Of a stretch of 64,000 nucleotides of DNA, positions 44,571 to 56,282 are shown one piece after another (the first letter of the stretch is position 1; each line of letters starts with the position of its first letter). Origin of the DNA: Macrostomum lignano (taxonomy: Eukaryota); contig NIVC01000406.1 of assembly GCA_002269645.1 (NCBI GenBank), forward strand, positions 322,724-386,723. The letters run 5' to 3'. Below the pieces are notes generated by a model, which did not search any database, was not told where the DNA came from, and saw only the letters and a program-made list of their open reading frames with translations. The position numbers were made by a program, and so were the translations under genes.

Positions 44571-44893
44571 ATAGAAACAAACTTTTTACTTTCGTGTAAC
44601 ACGCGGTGAGAGTGCAAAGGCAAACAGACGCAATGGCCGGGTTGCCAGCACAAATAAGGTTATAGTTTCTCTGCTAGCAAGACTAGCCCAATGAAGTCAG
44701 ACGACCGAGCTGAGAACTTGATGGGGGGTGGGTGCAATACCGAGCTTGCCTATTTGAGTACAGCCGTTTGGTTTGACTCTGTTCGACTCCACTCTCTAAT
44801 CTCCGTTCCCACGGGCGGCTGCTCAAGCGGTGAAATTTATCAAGCGGGAGAGGCAATCTGGCCAGCAGTAGTTTGGCACTGACGCCATCAGCC

Positions 44894-47800
44894 ATGTCCG
44901 AAGGCGAGAATGTCTACAACTACGAGGGCGTGGATCCGAAGGACAAGAAGGCTCAGAAGGAGCTTCATGAGAATCCCGACCAGGTGCGGGCGCACATCGC
45001 CTCGCTGAGACGCTGGGTGACCAGCGCGCCGCATCTCACCTGCCCGACTGGTGAGGCCTCGCTGCAATGGCTTTCTGGTCCTATGATGGTCGAATTTGTT
45101 GAACAGTATATTGTATAGCACCATTCTGCAATGCAGTTTAACCTAATGATAGTCCAACACTGGCCATTTTGATGCGTAATGTTTGCCTAATTCTATTTTA
45201 ATTGTTTTTTAATGCTAGCCTTAGAGCATTTCAGTCATAAGCCGCTTACTTTAGCCTAGGGGTCGACAACTCGGGCCCGCGGGACACATGCGGCTCGCGA
45301 AGCTTCTCTATCCGACCCTCTGGTCCTTTAAACTTCACAATAACTCAAGGTTTGTCTCTTCTCAGCTCTCCTCTATTTTCTCTTCTCTCTATTCTCTTTT
45401 TATTCCTCCAAACCCTCCTTCTCTCCTCTCTTATTTCATTTGCTCTCTTCTCTCGTCTCCTCTCTTTCCGCTTATTCCCTCCCCTCTCTTTTCTCTTATC
45501 TCTCTTCTCTATTCCCTCTTCTCTCCCCTCTCCTATGGCCCTCGAAGTCACGCGCTAGGTTCTCTACCTGGCCTTTGAGGTAGGAGTACTCGTACGAATC
45601 AATTCACGGCCGGATACCAACCTGATTCCATTCAATCACAAGGGATCGACTCTCGCCAAGACTTGACCTGAAACCCCAACCCGCAAATCGCTCTCAGATG
45701 ACACGTTCCTGCTGCGGTTCCTGCGAACCGCCAAGTTCGACCAGAGCCGGGCCCAGCAGCTGGTGGACAATTTCTGCACGGTCCGCAGTTCGCCTCGCGG
45801 CTCGCCTGAATGGTTCGAACCGCTGAGACCGGACTTGCCCGCTCTGGAGCACTACTTCACGCTGCCGTGAGCTGGGCCTGCGTGTCAGAATGGGATCAGG
45901 GCTTGGAAGGGACAGTTCAAGGATGCAAGCAGTCATGTCCATGTCTCTGACCCCTGAGAGCATGCGCACACACAGAGAGTTTACAGTGACCTTGAATTTC
46001 TCATTGCCATGCACAACAATCGCACATCAAGCCCCAGGCCAATTTTCCTGCTTGAGTCCCAGATGAATTCGATCGCGCACGGAATCGAACTCGGGCACTT
46101 TGGCCCGAGTCAGACGTGTTCATCGGGGCTTTGGTTGGGACTTGGCTTAAAACACAGACAGAGACAAACAAACTCAACCAAAACTCAGATTGGACCCACG
46201 GTTTTGCAAACAGGGTTGGCATGCCAAAAACAGGAGACTGATCCTGCCAAAGAGAATCTTTCGTTCTTTATTTCAGTCTAGGAGTCCTGCTGGGATTCAA
46301 TGACGACGGAGAGGCCGTGCTCTACTTTCTGCTCAGTGAGTGTCAGATTTTTTTGCTACCTGAACTCTGCTAGCAGGACTCAAGTGTCAAGTTGTAGCTT
46401 TTTAGCAAACTAGTTTTTTTAAATAGAATGATTTTTTGTTTTTAAATACCAATCAGCGTTTCCGAGGCTCTTAAATTAGCCAAGTGGTTAAGAGCGCCAG
46501 GCTCACAGCTGGAAGGTCAAGAGTTCGATTCCCGATCCGACTAGAAAAATTTGTGTCCTTGAGCAAGACACTTAACTATGCAATGCTTCAGTTCACCCAG
46601 CTGTAAAATGGGTGCTAGCATTAGCTGGGGTAAATTGAGAATTGGTGTAGCGATCCCCCCCCAGTCCATGAACTCAACAGCTATTTGAGACGCAGCATTC
46701 AGATGCGTCGCGCAATAGCTGCGGTTGAGCTGTCGGTTGCGCATCCTGCCCAATTGGAGATTTCGGCTAGAAAGTCTCGTACTCTCGACTAAATGAGGTT
46801 TTTTTTCCGAAAATTTCCAGGTGCTTACGAACCTGACGTGTTCCCGTTCGAGGACTTCATTCGGTGCATGATCCGCTCCTCGGCCGAGCGGCTACTCAGC
46901 GACCAGCGACTGCAGATCAACGGCGTCCGCATGCTGGTGGACTACAGAGGCGCCGGGCAGCGGCACTACCGGCCCTGGGAGGACCCCAAGCTGCTGGTCC
47001 GCGTCCTGCGCCTGTGGCAGGATGCACTGCCAATGAGGAATAAGGCCATCATCCACTACAACGAGTCGCACATGGTCGACCTGCTGATGAAAATATTTTT
47101 GCCATTTCTCAAAGAGAAAGTTCGCAGACGAGTAAGCATTGATAACCCAATGACAGGAAGTTATTGGCAGGGCACATTCAATTAATTTATGCTGGTGTAC
47201 ACATGACGACAACACCACTGACAGAATCCGGAACGTTGGCATTAATGGTCTTGCTTTTCTGTAAAGCGCCGTCGTTTCGTTCCTATCGTACTCATGTTTG
47301 GAGCAGTAGCAACTCCTACACCACCACTTTATGTGCTGTGCAACTCGGTTCGGATATAGGGGCCTGCCAGCTGAGAGTCAATACGGCGCACTTGAAAGGT
47401 GCAAATCGGGAGGGTTAGAAAGGGCTAAACGGTGGTTCCCTCATGTACATCATTTGACGGGGTAGAGACCACACAACTATGACAGGCGCAGTCTGAACTT
47501 CATGCAACCCCACCTGTACTCTTGTACTCAGATCATCCGGTGCGGCGCTAACTCTTCCAAGCTGAAACAGGCCGTCGGTCCGGGAGCTGATCGCCTCCTG
47601 CCACCGGAGTTGGGCGGTCAAAACCGGCCAATGGCGGAGCTGATCGGTAAGCTAAGCGAATTAGAAAAGTCCTCTTACAGAATTCAAAAGCCTTCACTAA
47701 CTAGCCTATTTTATAAGACTCAAAAAGAAACAGGGAGGGAGGTAACAACCCTCATGGAACAGCCCGCAACCCTATCCTCCCTCCAGCCGACAAGGCCCGT

Positions 47801-47974
47801 CAGTACAATAGCGAGTCAGCGAAGCAGGAACGGCGCAGGCTGGACCAGATTCGGGTTGACGAGGCGCTGAGACCGGCGGCCACGAAGAACTACCTGAAGT
47901 CCACCGAGATCGACTCAACCGATTCGACCTCCATGGGACTGACGGGCACGTTCACTAAGCTCGACGTCAGCTGA
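44894..47974 (+). CDS. CRAL-TRIO (Sec14-like, alpha-tocopherol transfer/clavesin-type) lipid-binding protein A, 332 aa
   Basis: Exons 44894-45050, 45698-45866, 46277-46335, 46821-47131, 47532-47646 and 47787-47974 (999 nt). Motifs DDTFLLRFLRTAKFD, QINGVRMLVD, WQDALPMRNKAIIHYN, PFLKEKVRRR|II, LPPELGG and a C-terminal GTFTKLDVS. Confidence 0.92.
46475..46770 (+). mobile_element. tRNA-derived SINE (family 1) with MIR/CORE-like domain
   Basis: A-box tagccaagtgg, B-box gagttcgattcc, CORE-like 46553-46612 gtgtccttgagcaagacacttaac...ctgtaaaatggg, and a 3' part shared with 23771-24050. Confidence 0.82.
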
Positions 47975-49484
47975 CGGTCTCAGCTCAGTCGATCTTTTCG
48001 ATCTTTGGAGTAACTTTTTCGCAATCAATGACACAAAAACACGCAACCGACATTTTACTAACTAGCCAATAATATAATTGCACACATTTTTAATAAGCAG
48101 TCTGCATGAGTACCCGTTTAGATTCACATGCTCAATTATAACTCATGTTATAGTTGGTTGTTTAAAAGGTTACATAACCAGATATATTCGCTACTTACAT
48201 TAGTTAATTTTTCCTACGACCGACAACTTCAAAAACCGGGTATGAAATTCAAGTCGTGCTTAAAGAAGCAACAATTGAGTCAGAATTACAGTAGAAACTG
48301 ACTGCACTTTGGCCTCCTGAGACAGAGAACTCTTATCAGTAGAGAACAGACATGTACGAAGAAAACACACTTGGACTGCATGGCTGTTTTACCTGTGCGA
48401 GCATGCAAGTCACTTAAGTTACTGCAGAACTATTCATAATCGGATTCATAAACTAATGCATTTAACAAGATGGCTTTGTTGACATTTAGACAGCATGGGA
48501 TCATTTTACTACTAGACACAATACTTCAGTAGTGCCAATAGTACCTTATAATATTTTCTTCAGCCTAAAATGTAGACCTGCTAACACTGTCGTGCCATCC
48601 ACCCTCTATCCTGCATTGCCCCATTTTCTGCACCCCTCCCTACTTCCCTACACTGCGTGTTATCATCTCCTTACCCACACCTCTTTAACATCTTTATTCT
48701 AGCAGCATCTCAATCGCTTTAACCCACAAGACAATGCAAATAATCCAAATATTACGTCGTATATTGCGATCTGAACAGCCTAAGCCCATCTTTCTGAACG
48801 TAGAGAACTGCATGCAGTGTACTCGTAGCACAAGAGTGGGCAGTAATCCAGATGAGCAGCTTGGTGACACTAATGCCACAACCTCGGATTGGGGCTGGGG
48901 ATTATTAACTTCTCATCAGATCCCTCTGTGGTCTTCCGCTATAGCAGAATAAGCTGTCCCTTGATCACCTGATCCCGGCTAATGCCTCACACACGGTATG
49001 ACTGACGTGTTGCTGTCGCAGTAGCCGCAAAGCCCGCATTTTACAAACTTTAGTAGATTCAAAAGAGATCAACCTCACTCCCGTTTTGGAGAGAGCACCG
49101 CGCGGCACCTGCTGTACTGCAGCAGTCAGAGTATACCGATCTCTCTCCCTCTCTCTCTCTGCTGAAAAAGCGCAAGAGGCAACAATTCTAGCATTAATAA
49201 GCGAACGAAGTACTGCTGACGCTCAGTGAAGGGAGCAATGCAGGGCACTGCTGGGAACAATAGACTATGTAGTTGAGCCGACGGCGGCAAGGCTAAAATA
49301 ACTGACAAGCAATGAGATACGGAGAGGCTTCGATTGGTCAGAGACGGGACAGGTTCTGTCGCGCTGTGAGTATTAAGGCTCAGTCTGCAGCTCAGAAACT
49401 GCGCGGAGGAACGTACCAGGAGGCCTGGACACTCAACAGGAAAATTAATCAGAAAAGTACTTCACGAACTATAATAGTAGCAAT

Positions 49485-51446
49485 ATGGCCTCCGGTGAAG
49501 GCGAGAATGTCTACAACTACGAGGGCGTGGATCCGAAGGATAAGAAGAAGGCTCAGAAGGAGCTTCACGAGAATCCCGACCAGGTGCGGGCGCACATCGC
49601 CTCGCTGAGACGCTGGGTAACCAGCGCGCCGCATCTCACCTGCCCGACTGGTGAGTTCCATAGATTAAGCTTGTGCATGCATGACTACAAGCTGCATGTC
49701 TCAGCAGGTCCAGAATTGACTAGGAATTATTAAACTTCTTCACCAAATGCGACCAGATGACGCGTTCCTACTGCGGTTTCTGCGCACCGCCAAGTTCGAC
49801 CAGAGCCGGGCCCAGCAGCTGGTGGACAATTTCTGCACAGTCCGAAAATCTCCGCGTGGCTCGCCCGAATGGTTTGAGCCCCTGCCGCTGGACTCGCCTA
49901 TCATTGAAGAGACACTCAAGCTTCCGTGAGAGACTACTGAAAACTGGTGACCTTGGATGAAATTTTATTCTTTTTCGATTTCAATCGCTTCGCGTATCGC
50001 ATTGTAGAATGAACATCTTTCTGGGCTACAATGACGACGGCGAAGGAATTATCTACTCGTCAATGGGTGAGTTTCTGGGACCATCGCCGGTGCTCAACTG
50101 CATCATAGTCATGAGACAAAGAGATTAGAGTCTGTGCCCTTCAATGTTAGAACACTATGAGTTGCCTATGTAACTGCAGGAGCTTTTGAGTGCAAAAAGC
50201 AGAAGCATGAGATAATTATTAAGCCTGACTCAGAAAGCTTCAGCGGCATAACGATTGCAGGCTGCCTGCTGTCCACTTGTTCTCTTCTTGTTTTTGTGCC
50301 TGCAACTTTAAGTGACAGGTGAATCTTTTGATACGGCCTGTGAGCGCTGCCCTGCGCATTGGCTAACAATGGACTGCGATAGACATTTTGAGCACAAAAA
50401 GTAGCAGTGCTCTACAGCGACTAGACAGATTCAGCAAGGTGAAAGAGAAGAAAAAAAAGACAAAAGTATTACTTTTTGGACAAAAAAATTCGCTTTGGCC
50501 TCTTAATGCTGAAATAGCAAGAAAATGAGCTATCGAAAGTGTACAGGTGCAGTGACAAGGCAGAAGCAGGCGCAATGAGTTAACTATTGCCTTTCAGACA
50601 ACTACGACCCCGATCGGATCAACTTCAACGACCTTGCCCGGTTCGCCTACATGAACGCCGACACGATGATGAAGCCTGAAAAGATCCAAATCAACGGCTG
50701 CCGGTTTATCATGAATCTCAAGAACGCCAATAAGAAACAGACTCAGGCCTGGGAGAACCCCCGCACGGCCTTCAAGATGATGCGCAACTGGCAGGACGCT
50801 TTTCCAATACGCACCAAAGCGCTGGTTTACTGGCACGAGCCGGCCTTCTTTGAGCTGATGTTTCGGATTATCATGCCATTTATGAAGGAGAAGCTGAGAA
50901 AGCGGGTAAGGCAAAGGCTTGACTCAAGCCTCAGAGACGAATCGTAGATAGATTTACAAGTTTCCAATTGGTGCCAGTTATTAATCCATTAAGTCTGGCA
51001 AGACATGCTAAATATCTCCCTAAAAAACCACACCCAGCTCCACCGGTGCGGCACGGACTTCAGCAAGCTGAAGAAGGCTATCGGGCCGGGCGCTGAGCGC
51101 CTCCTGCCGCCTGAAATGGGCGGACAAAACCGACCGATGGAGGAGCTACTCGGTAGGTAACAGCGCACTTCTGAGTGTACTTTTATAGGAATCCAATAGT
51201 TCAAGAAGCAGGATAAGGGGAGTTACACCGCAATCAACCCTTTGTATTCCTCGCCTGTTCCCAGCTGAACGATACAAAATGTTCAAGAGCGCCGAGGCGC
51301 AGGCGGAGCGCGCCAAGCTGGCCACCATCACGGTGGACGAGTCCAAGCGGCTGCCGACCACCAAGGACTACTTGAAGACGTACGACGATTCGGCCGATCC
51401 GAGCATGGGCATCGCTGGTACATTCACGAAGCTGGACGTCAGCTAA
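49485..51446 (+). CDS. CRAL-TRIO lipid-binding protein B, tandem paralogue, 332 aa
   Basis: Exons 49485-49650, 49757-49925, 50008-50066, 50598-50905, 51038-51152 and 51265-51446 (999 nt), with the same intron positions and phases as gene A. Confidence 0.92.
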
Positions 51447-52039
51447 ATAATGAGACGCGTCTGAGATGAGCCAGTGCGCCATGGCAACTAAACTGAACCA
51501 TTTTATTATTGAAAGCACCATAACTTTTCAGCTGGTAAAATATTGTTAGATTAAATGAACTCACGGGTCCAACTTGGAAATATCAGCTAATCTTAAACGG
51601 GATTCTCATCTTGAATTTCTAAGCTTAAAAAAATTGAACTGTTAGTTTTACTTTGGTATTTATTCTTCCTCTTCTGTTCCTCAAACATTTAATGAGTTGT
51701 TTTTTATCATACCGAAAAATGCATATTTTATCATTTTTCTTAGAAATAAATTCATTACAAGCTATATTTATTTTCATAGAATTCGAAACATGTTTAGCGA
51801 TAGCCACCAATGCCCTTACTTGAATCGAGACTATTCGTCCTTAATAATTCGTCAAAATAAAACTTGAATACACAAATTCCAACTAGTTCCAACTTTTTCT
51901 TCGAAACTACTGTTTGTTGGATTACAAAGTAGTAATCAAAGTGTATTATTGTTTGCTAAATTGGCTAGGCAAAATGCTTTGTTCTGTTAACTAGACAGTG
52001 ATGACAAAATTTATGGTCACTCAGTCGATCTAAGAAATC

Positions 52040-53231
52040 TCAGTTGCCGTCCTTCTCGCTTTCAGTTGAACTTGTCGAAGGCTTCGAACTTTTGCTAGCC
52101 GGGGCAGCAACGGAAGGACCTGACAGGGGGTTGCGGAACAGGGCCGGGTCGCTGAGAAAAAAGGTCTCCTTGATATTCTGCGACATGTAGCCGAACTTCT
52201 GCGACTTCTTCACCAGTTCGGCCACCCGCTCTTGCATTGGCTGGCACAGCCCGGTGATGTGCCGGCCGTATATTCGGCCCGTGTAAGGCGAGACAAACTG
52301 GCTCAGCAGGCGGGCGTTCTGCGATTGGGCGAGAGCGGTGTGGGGTGGATGCTTTCTGATTGGATTGGTCGGGAGCGGAGTGGGTGGATGTTTTCTGACT
52401 GGTAGAGATCGGAGTGGGGTGGATGTTTTCTGATTGGTCGTGAGCGGAGTGGGGTGGATGTTTTCTGATTGGTCGAGAGTGGAGTATGGGGAGGGAAGGT
52501 GATTAATGATTGGTCGGGAGCGGAGTGGGGTGTATGCTTTCTGATTGGATTGGTCGGGAGCGGAGTGGGGTGTATGTTTTCTGATTGATCGAGAGCGGAG
52601 TGGGTGGATGTTTTCTGACTGGTAGAGATCGGAGTGGGGTGGATGTTTTCTGATTGGTCGTGAGCGGAGTGGGGTGGATGTTTTCTGATTGGTCGAGAGC
52701 GGAGTGGGTGGATGTTTTCTGACTGGTAGAGATCGGAGTGGGTGGATGTTTTCTGATTGGTCGTGAGCGGAGTGGGGTGGATGTTTTCTGATTGGTCGAG
52801 AGTGGAGTATGGGGAGGGAAGGTGATTTATGATTGGTCGGGAGCGGAGTGGGTGGATATTGATTGGTCGTGAGCGGAGTGGGTGGATGTTTTCTGATTGG
52901 TCACGAGAAAAGTATGGGGTAGGGGGTTGTGATTTTTTGACAGCATAAAATGTGTTTTGTACATTGTAACTAGTCAAGAGTGGAGTGGAGTTTGCTTTAC
53001 AAAATAGTCAACAATAACAAACCATAAGGCATAAATAATATAATTAATCACCTTGTAGTCTAGTGGAACATCCTGCCGACAGAGCACACATTTCTTGATT
53101 GGCTTCTTGTATGGATCAGGCATGTCTGCCAAAGGCATGTCTGGATCGGTCTGTCCAGCAGGGGCAGCCCCAGTGGACAGCCCTAATTTTCCTCTGCCAA
53201 CTGCAGTTAAAACTAATCGACACCTTAGCAT
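52040..53231 (-). CDS. MRPS18C: Mitochondrial ribosomal protein bS18m (S18C type), 152 aa
   Basis: Exons 53231-53052 and 52318-52040. CVLC..LDYK|NARLLSQFVSPYTGRIYGRHITGLC is the S18C signature; the N-terminus is a basic presequence-like segment. Confidence 0.93.
52340..52915. repeat. ~35-40-bp degenerate minisatellite filling the MRPS18C intron
   Basis: attggtcgggagcggagtggggtggatgttttctg variants. Confidence 0.9.
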
Positions 53232-53994
53232 AGCTGGCTGTGGGAAAATGAGATTATTTAGAGTAAAAACCCTAAAAAGCTAAATGTAGATTTAAATCAT
53301 CAATCAAATAGAACAAATAATATATCTTTTTTTCAAAAACATCAATACAATATACATGTACTATAGCTATTTTCAAATTGCTTAAATATCAAATGTAAAA
53401 ATACTATTATCTACTATTTAAGACCACTCATAATAACAACTGTTTTTATAACTTGGGGAAAAATTGATCTTATATGAATACCAAAAGTAATTTTTAAGTT
53501 TCTTTCAATATTTTTAATGTATTGATTGTATTGTCTGGTAAAAATTAGAAATTAGAAAATAAGCAAGGTCAAGATATACATAACATATAACATAATATAC
53601 TTATATATTAGGCTAATGCTTAAGGCCTATAAGTTTATATACAACTTATAAGTAGCATGGCTTATAACTTAAGTATTAAAACTATAATAAAATGACAAAA
53701 TATTTTATATACTTATTTTTAAAGTCTAGGCATCAAGTTTAACTAAAGGCACTAACATGGAATAGTAGCTACTGGAGTAAAAAAGTAGCAAAGTAAATAA
53801 CTAAGATCATGGCTATCAATATGCTTAGCCAATGTTTTTAGTAAATCAACTATATAATATATTTCTATTTTTCTATATTGCATTTTCTAGGATTTTTTAT
53901 GAATGCAAAAATGCATTATAGATAGTTTTAGTTCTAGAATTCTATTATAATATAAACAGATAGGTCTATAATGGCTTAAATAGACGTATAGATA

Positions 53995-54740
53995 TAAGGG
54001 TGAGCCAAAAGTTTCTGGCATTTGAACAATTGAAAACTGTAACACATTGTCTCAAGAACAAACTGTTTATAGCAGTGATGTAGGGCAACTTGTTCCAGTT
54101 TGCTGCAGATCACCTTTGCATTCAAATCCATGCCATTCGGGATGACCCAGAAAACAAGGCCAGATAAGCAGAGCCAGAAAGAAAACAGCTCCTTGCTACA
54201 ATGGAAGTTTTACATTGGGTAGAACTTAAAAAAGTTTGGCAAACTAGCTTGGCAAAGATTCTAAGTTATGGCAACTTTAATTGCGGCGAAATCCACTTAG
54301 CTCTTAGCTGCTAAGGTGTTAGCTCATGGGGCACTAGAGTTGGCTTCTTTGTCATATCTACCCTAGCTCTTTGCTTTTAGCTACTAAGGTGTCAGCTCAT
54401 GGGGCACTAGAGTTGGCTTCTTTGGCACCTTGTCCACAGGATCTAGGCTCTGCTAGACTTTGTCATAGGACACCCCAGTAGCACCTGACAGTTTGCACAT
54501 GCGATAGTCTAGATTATCTTTAAGGGCTTAGAGAATGGCATCACTATTAATAACAAGGGGTTGGCTTGATCTCGGCTTGTCTTGCAGTTCATAGTTTTTC
54601 TCAGCAAAGCAAGATAACTACTTATATATTGATGACTTAGAGGGTGCATATGGTTATAGACATATTAGCAACAATAACTTACAATGTACCTTACTTACTT
54701 TGTGTACCACATATAATGGTAAATATATTTGTTAGCTATT
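53995..54740 (-). mobile_element. Decayed, internally deleted mariner (Tc1/mariner) transposon
   Basis: Minus-strand translation: APSKSSIYK*LSCFAEKNYELQDKPRSSQPLVINSDAIL*ALKDNLDYRMCKLSGATGVSYDKV*QSLDPVDKVPKKPTLVPHELTP**LKAK. This is the mariner HTH region with D.PRSGRP and WVPHEL-like motifs. A TIR-like end TATAAGGGTGAGCCAAAAG lies at ~53993-54011. The DDD domain is not seen. Confidence 0.75.
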
Positions 54741-56282
54741 CAATTCTTGGCAGTTCCATTGAATGCATTTGTTGGCTTAAGTAGGCAGGGTCTCAGAAAC
54801 TGAGCAATGCTAAGCTAAAGAGTGGTGATTAGGCTAGCTAATAGCATAATATATAGTTGCTGTTTTTAAGCTTTTCCATAGACAAAAAGCTATTATTAAA
54901 AAGCATAGCCTAGTGACAGGATACAAGAAACTTAGCTCACTTTAGGTAATTGTTATTATTACCTTGTAATTTAACAGAAATTTCTTCCACATGACTGTAA
55001 AAATAGCCATTTTGCTTCCTACCTACAGTGACCATAAAAATAACAGTTTTGCTATCAATACGGTTACATTAAGTAAAGACCATAGGCCCACATAGTGTCT
55101 TATGCGTTAACTGTAAAAATAACTGTTTTGTTATTTATACGGTCACCATAACAATAACAACTGCCTAGTTGCTAATGTAAGTTAGGCCTACTTTGCTACT
55201 CATACACCAGTCTTACCATAGCTAAGGAAGCAATAAAATTAATTAAATTTGCTGGGCTAGGCCCTATAATTCCCATTGAAAAATTTAAGCAAATGACAAT
55301 GTAAAATACAACATTGTGTAGACCTAATCTCAATAAAACTTTAAATGCCAATATTTAGAGAACAGTGAAAAAGTTTAGACCATTTTGTTTTGCACATTAC
55401 GTCATTAAATAATAGTAGCTAGCTAAATCCTGACAGTGACAGGTAATACTGTTATTGGTAATGGTAAGACGTTATGCAGGGTAAAAAAATTATGATAATG
55501 TGGCAGCACTGGCCCAGTGTGTGTGGTGTGATTGATTGGCGAGAAAAAGAAACGATAACAAAAGGCACTTAATGACTTAGTTGTATTCTATTTAACTATT
55601 GAAAATTTACTATAACTATTAAAGTAAATTGATAGATGCTTGATGCTTTCCTTCCGAATACGACGGGTCTATGCTAGTTTTGTTATTTTTCAGTATCGAG
55701 TTTCTCAAATTCAATTCTTCCAAGAAACTCAAGGCTAATTTATTACAAGGACAGGACTACTTAACAACTCTTGCATTGTAAACTATAAACAGAATAATTT
55801 ATGATCATGAAAAAACATGTTTTGAATTTTGATCGATCTGATGCCAACCAAAAATTTTTTTTGGTTTGATGTTTTTGAAATACATAGCTATGTTTATCCG
55901 AATATGGAATGCCATAGAGATGCTATGAAAGTTTAGACTTCAGGTCAACAACATGAAAAATTTAGACGATTTCTATTCCTCTTTTGGCCTAGTATGCTAC
56001 TCTAGATAATTTATCGGATCAGCGCCACTTATAAATGCATGCTTAATCATATTTTATTATGCAAATCAGTAAATTATGTTAGCATATAAGATATACCATT
56101 GTCTATTCTTGCTCAAGACTTGAGTTAAGAGACTTTTTTGGAGTCTTAAAGCAGAATTTTTGGGGTTTGGCAAAGTATGATAAATTTATTCATTTATTAT
56201 TTATTGATATACTATTGATTCTACTGTTCATAATAGCTAATCTTCAATTTAATTTTTTTCATAAAAACTTTGCACTAATTGC

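Noticed and set aside
45256-45305. hAT-like terminal sequence (tagggg tcgacaactcgggcccgcgggacacatgcggctc)
   Set aside because: No partner TIR or TSD found; at most a solitary fragment.
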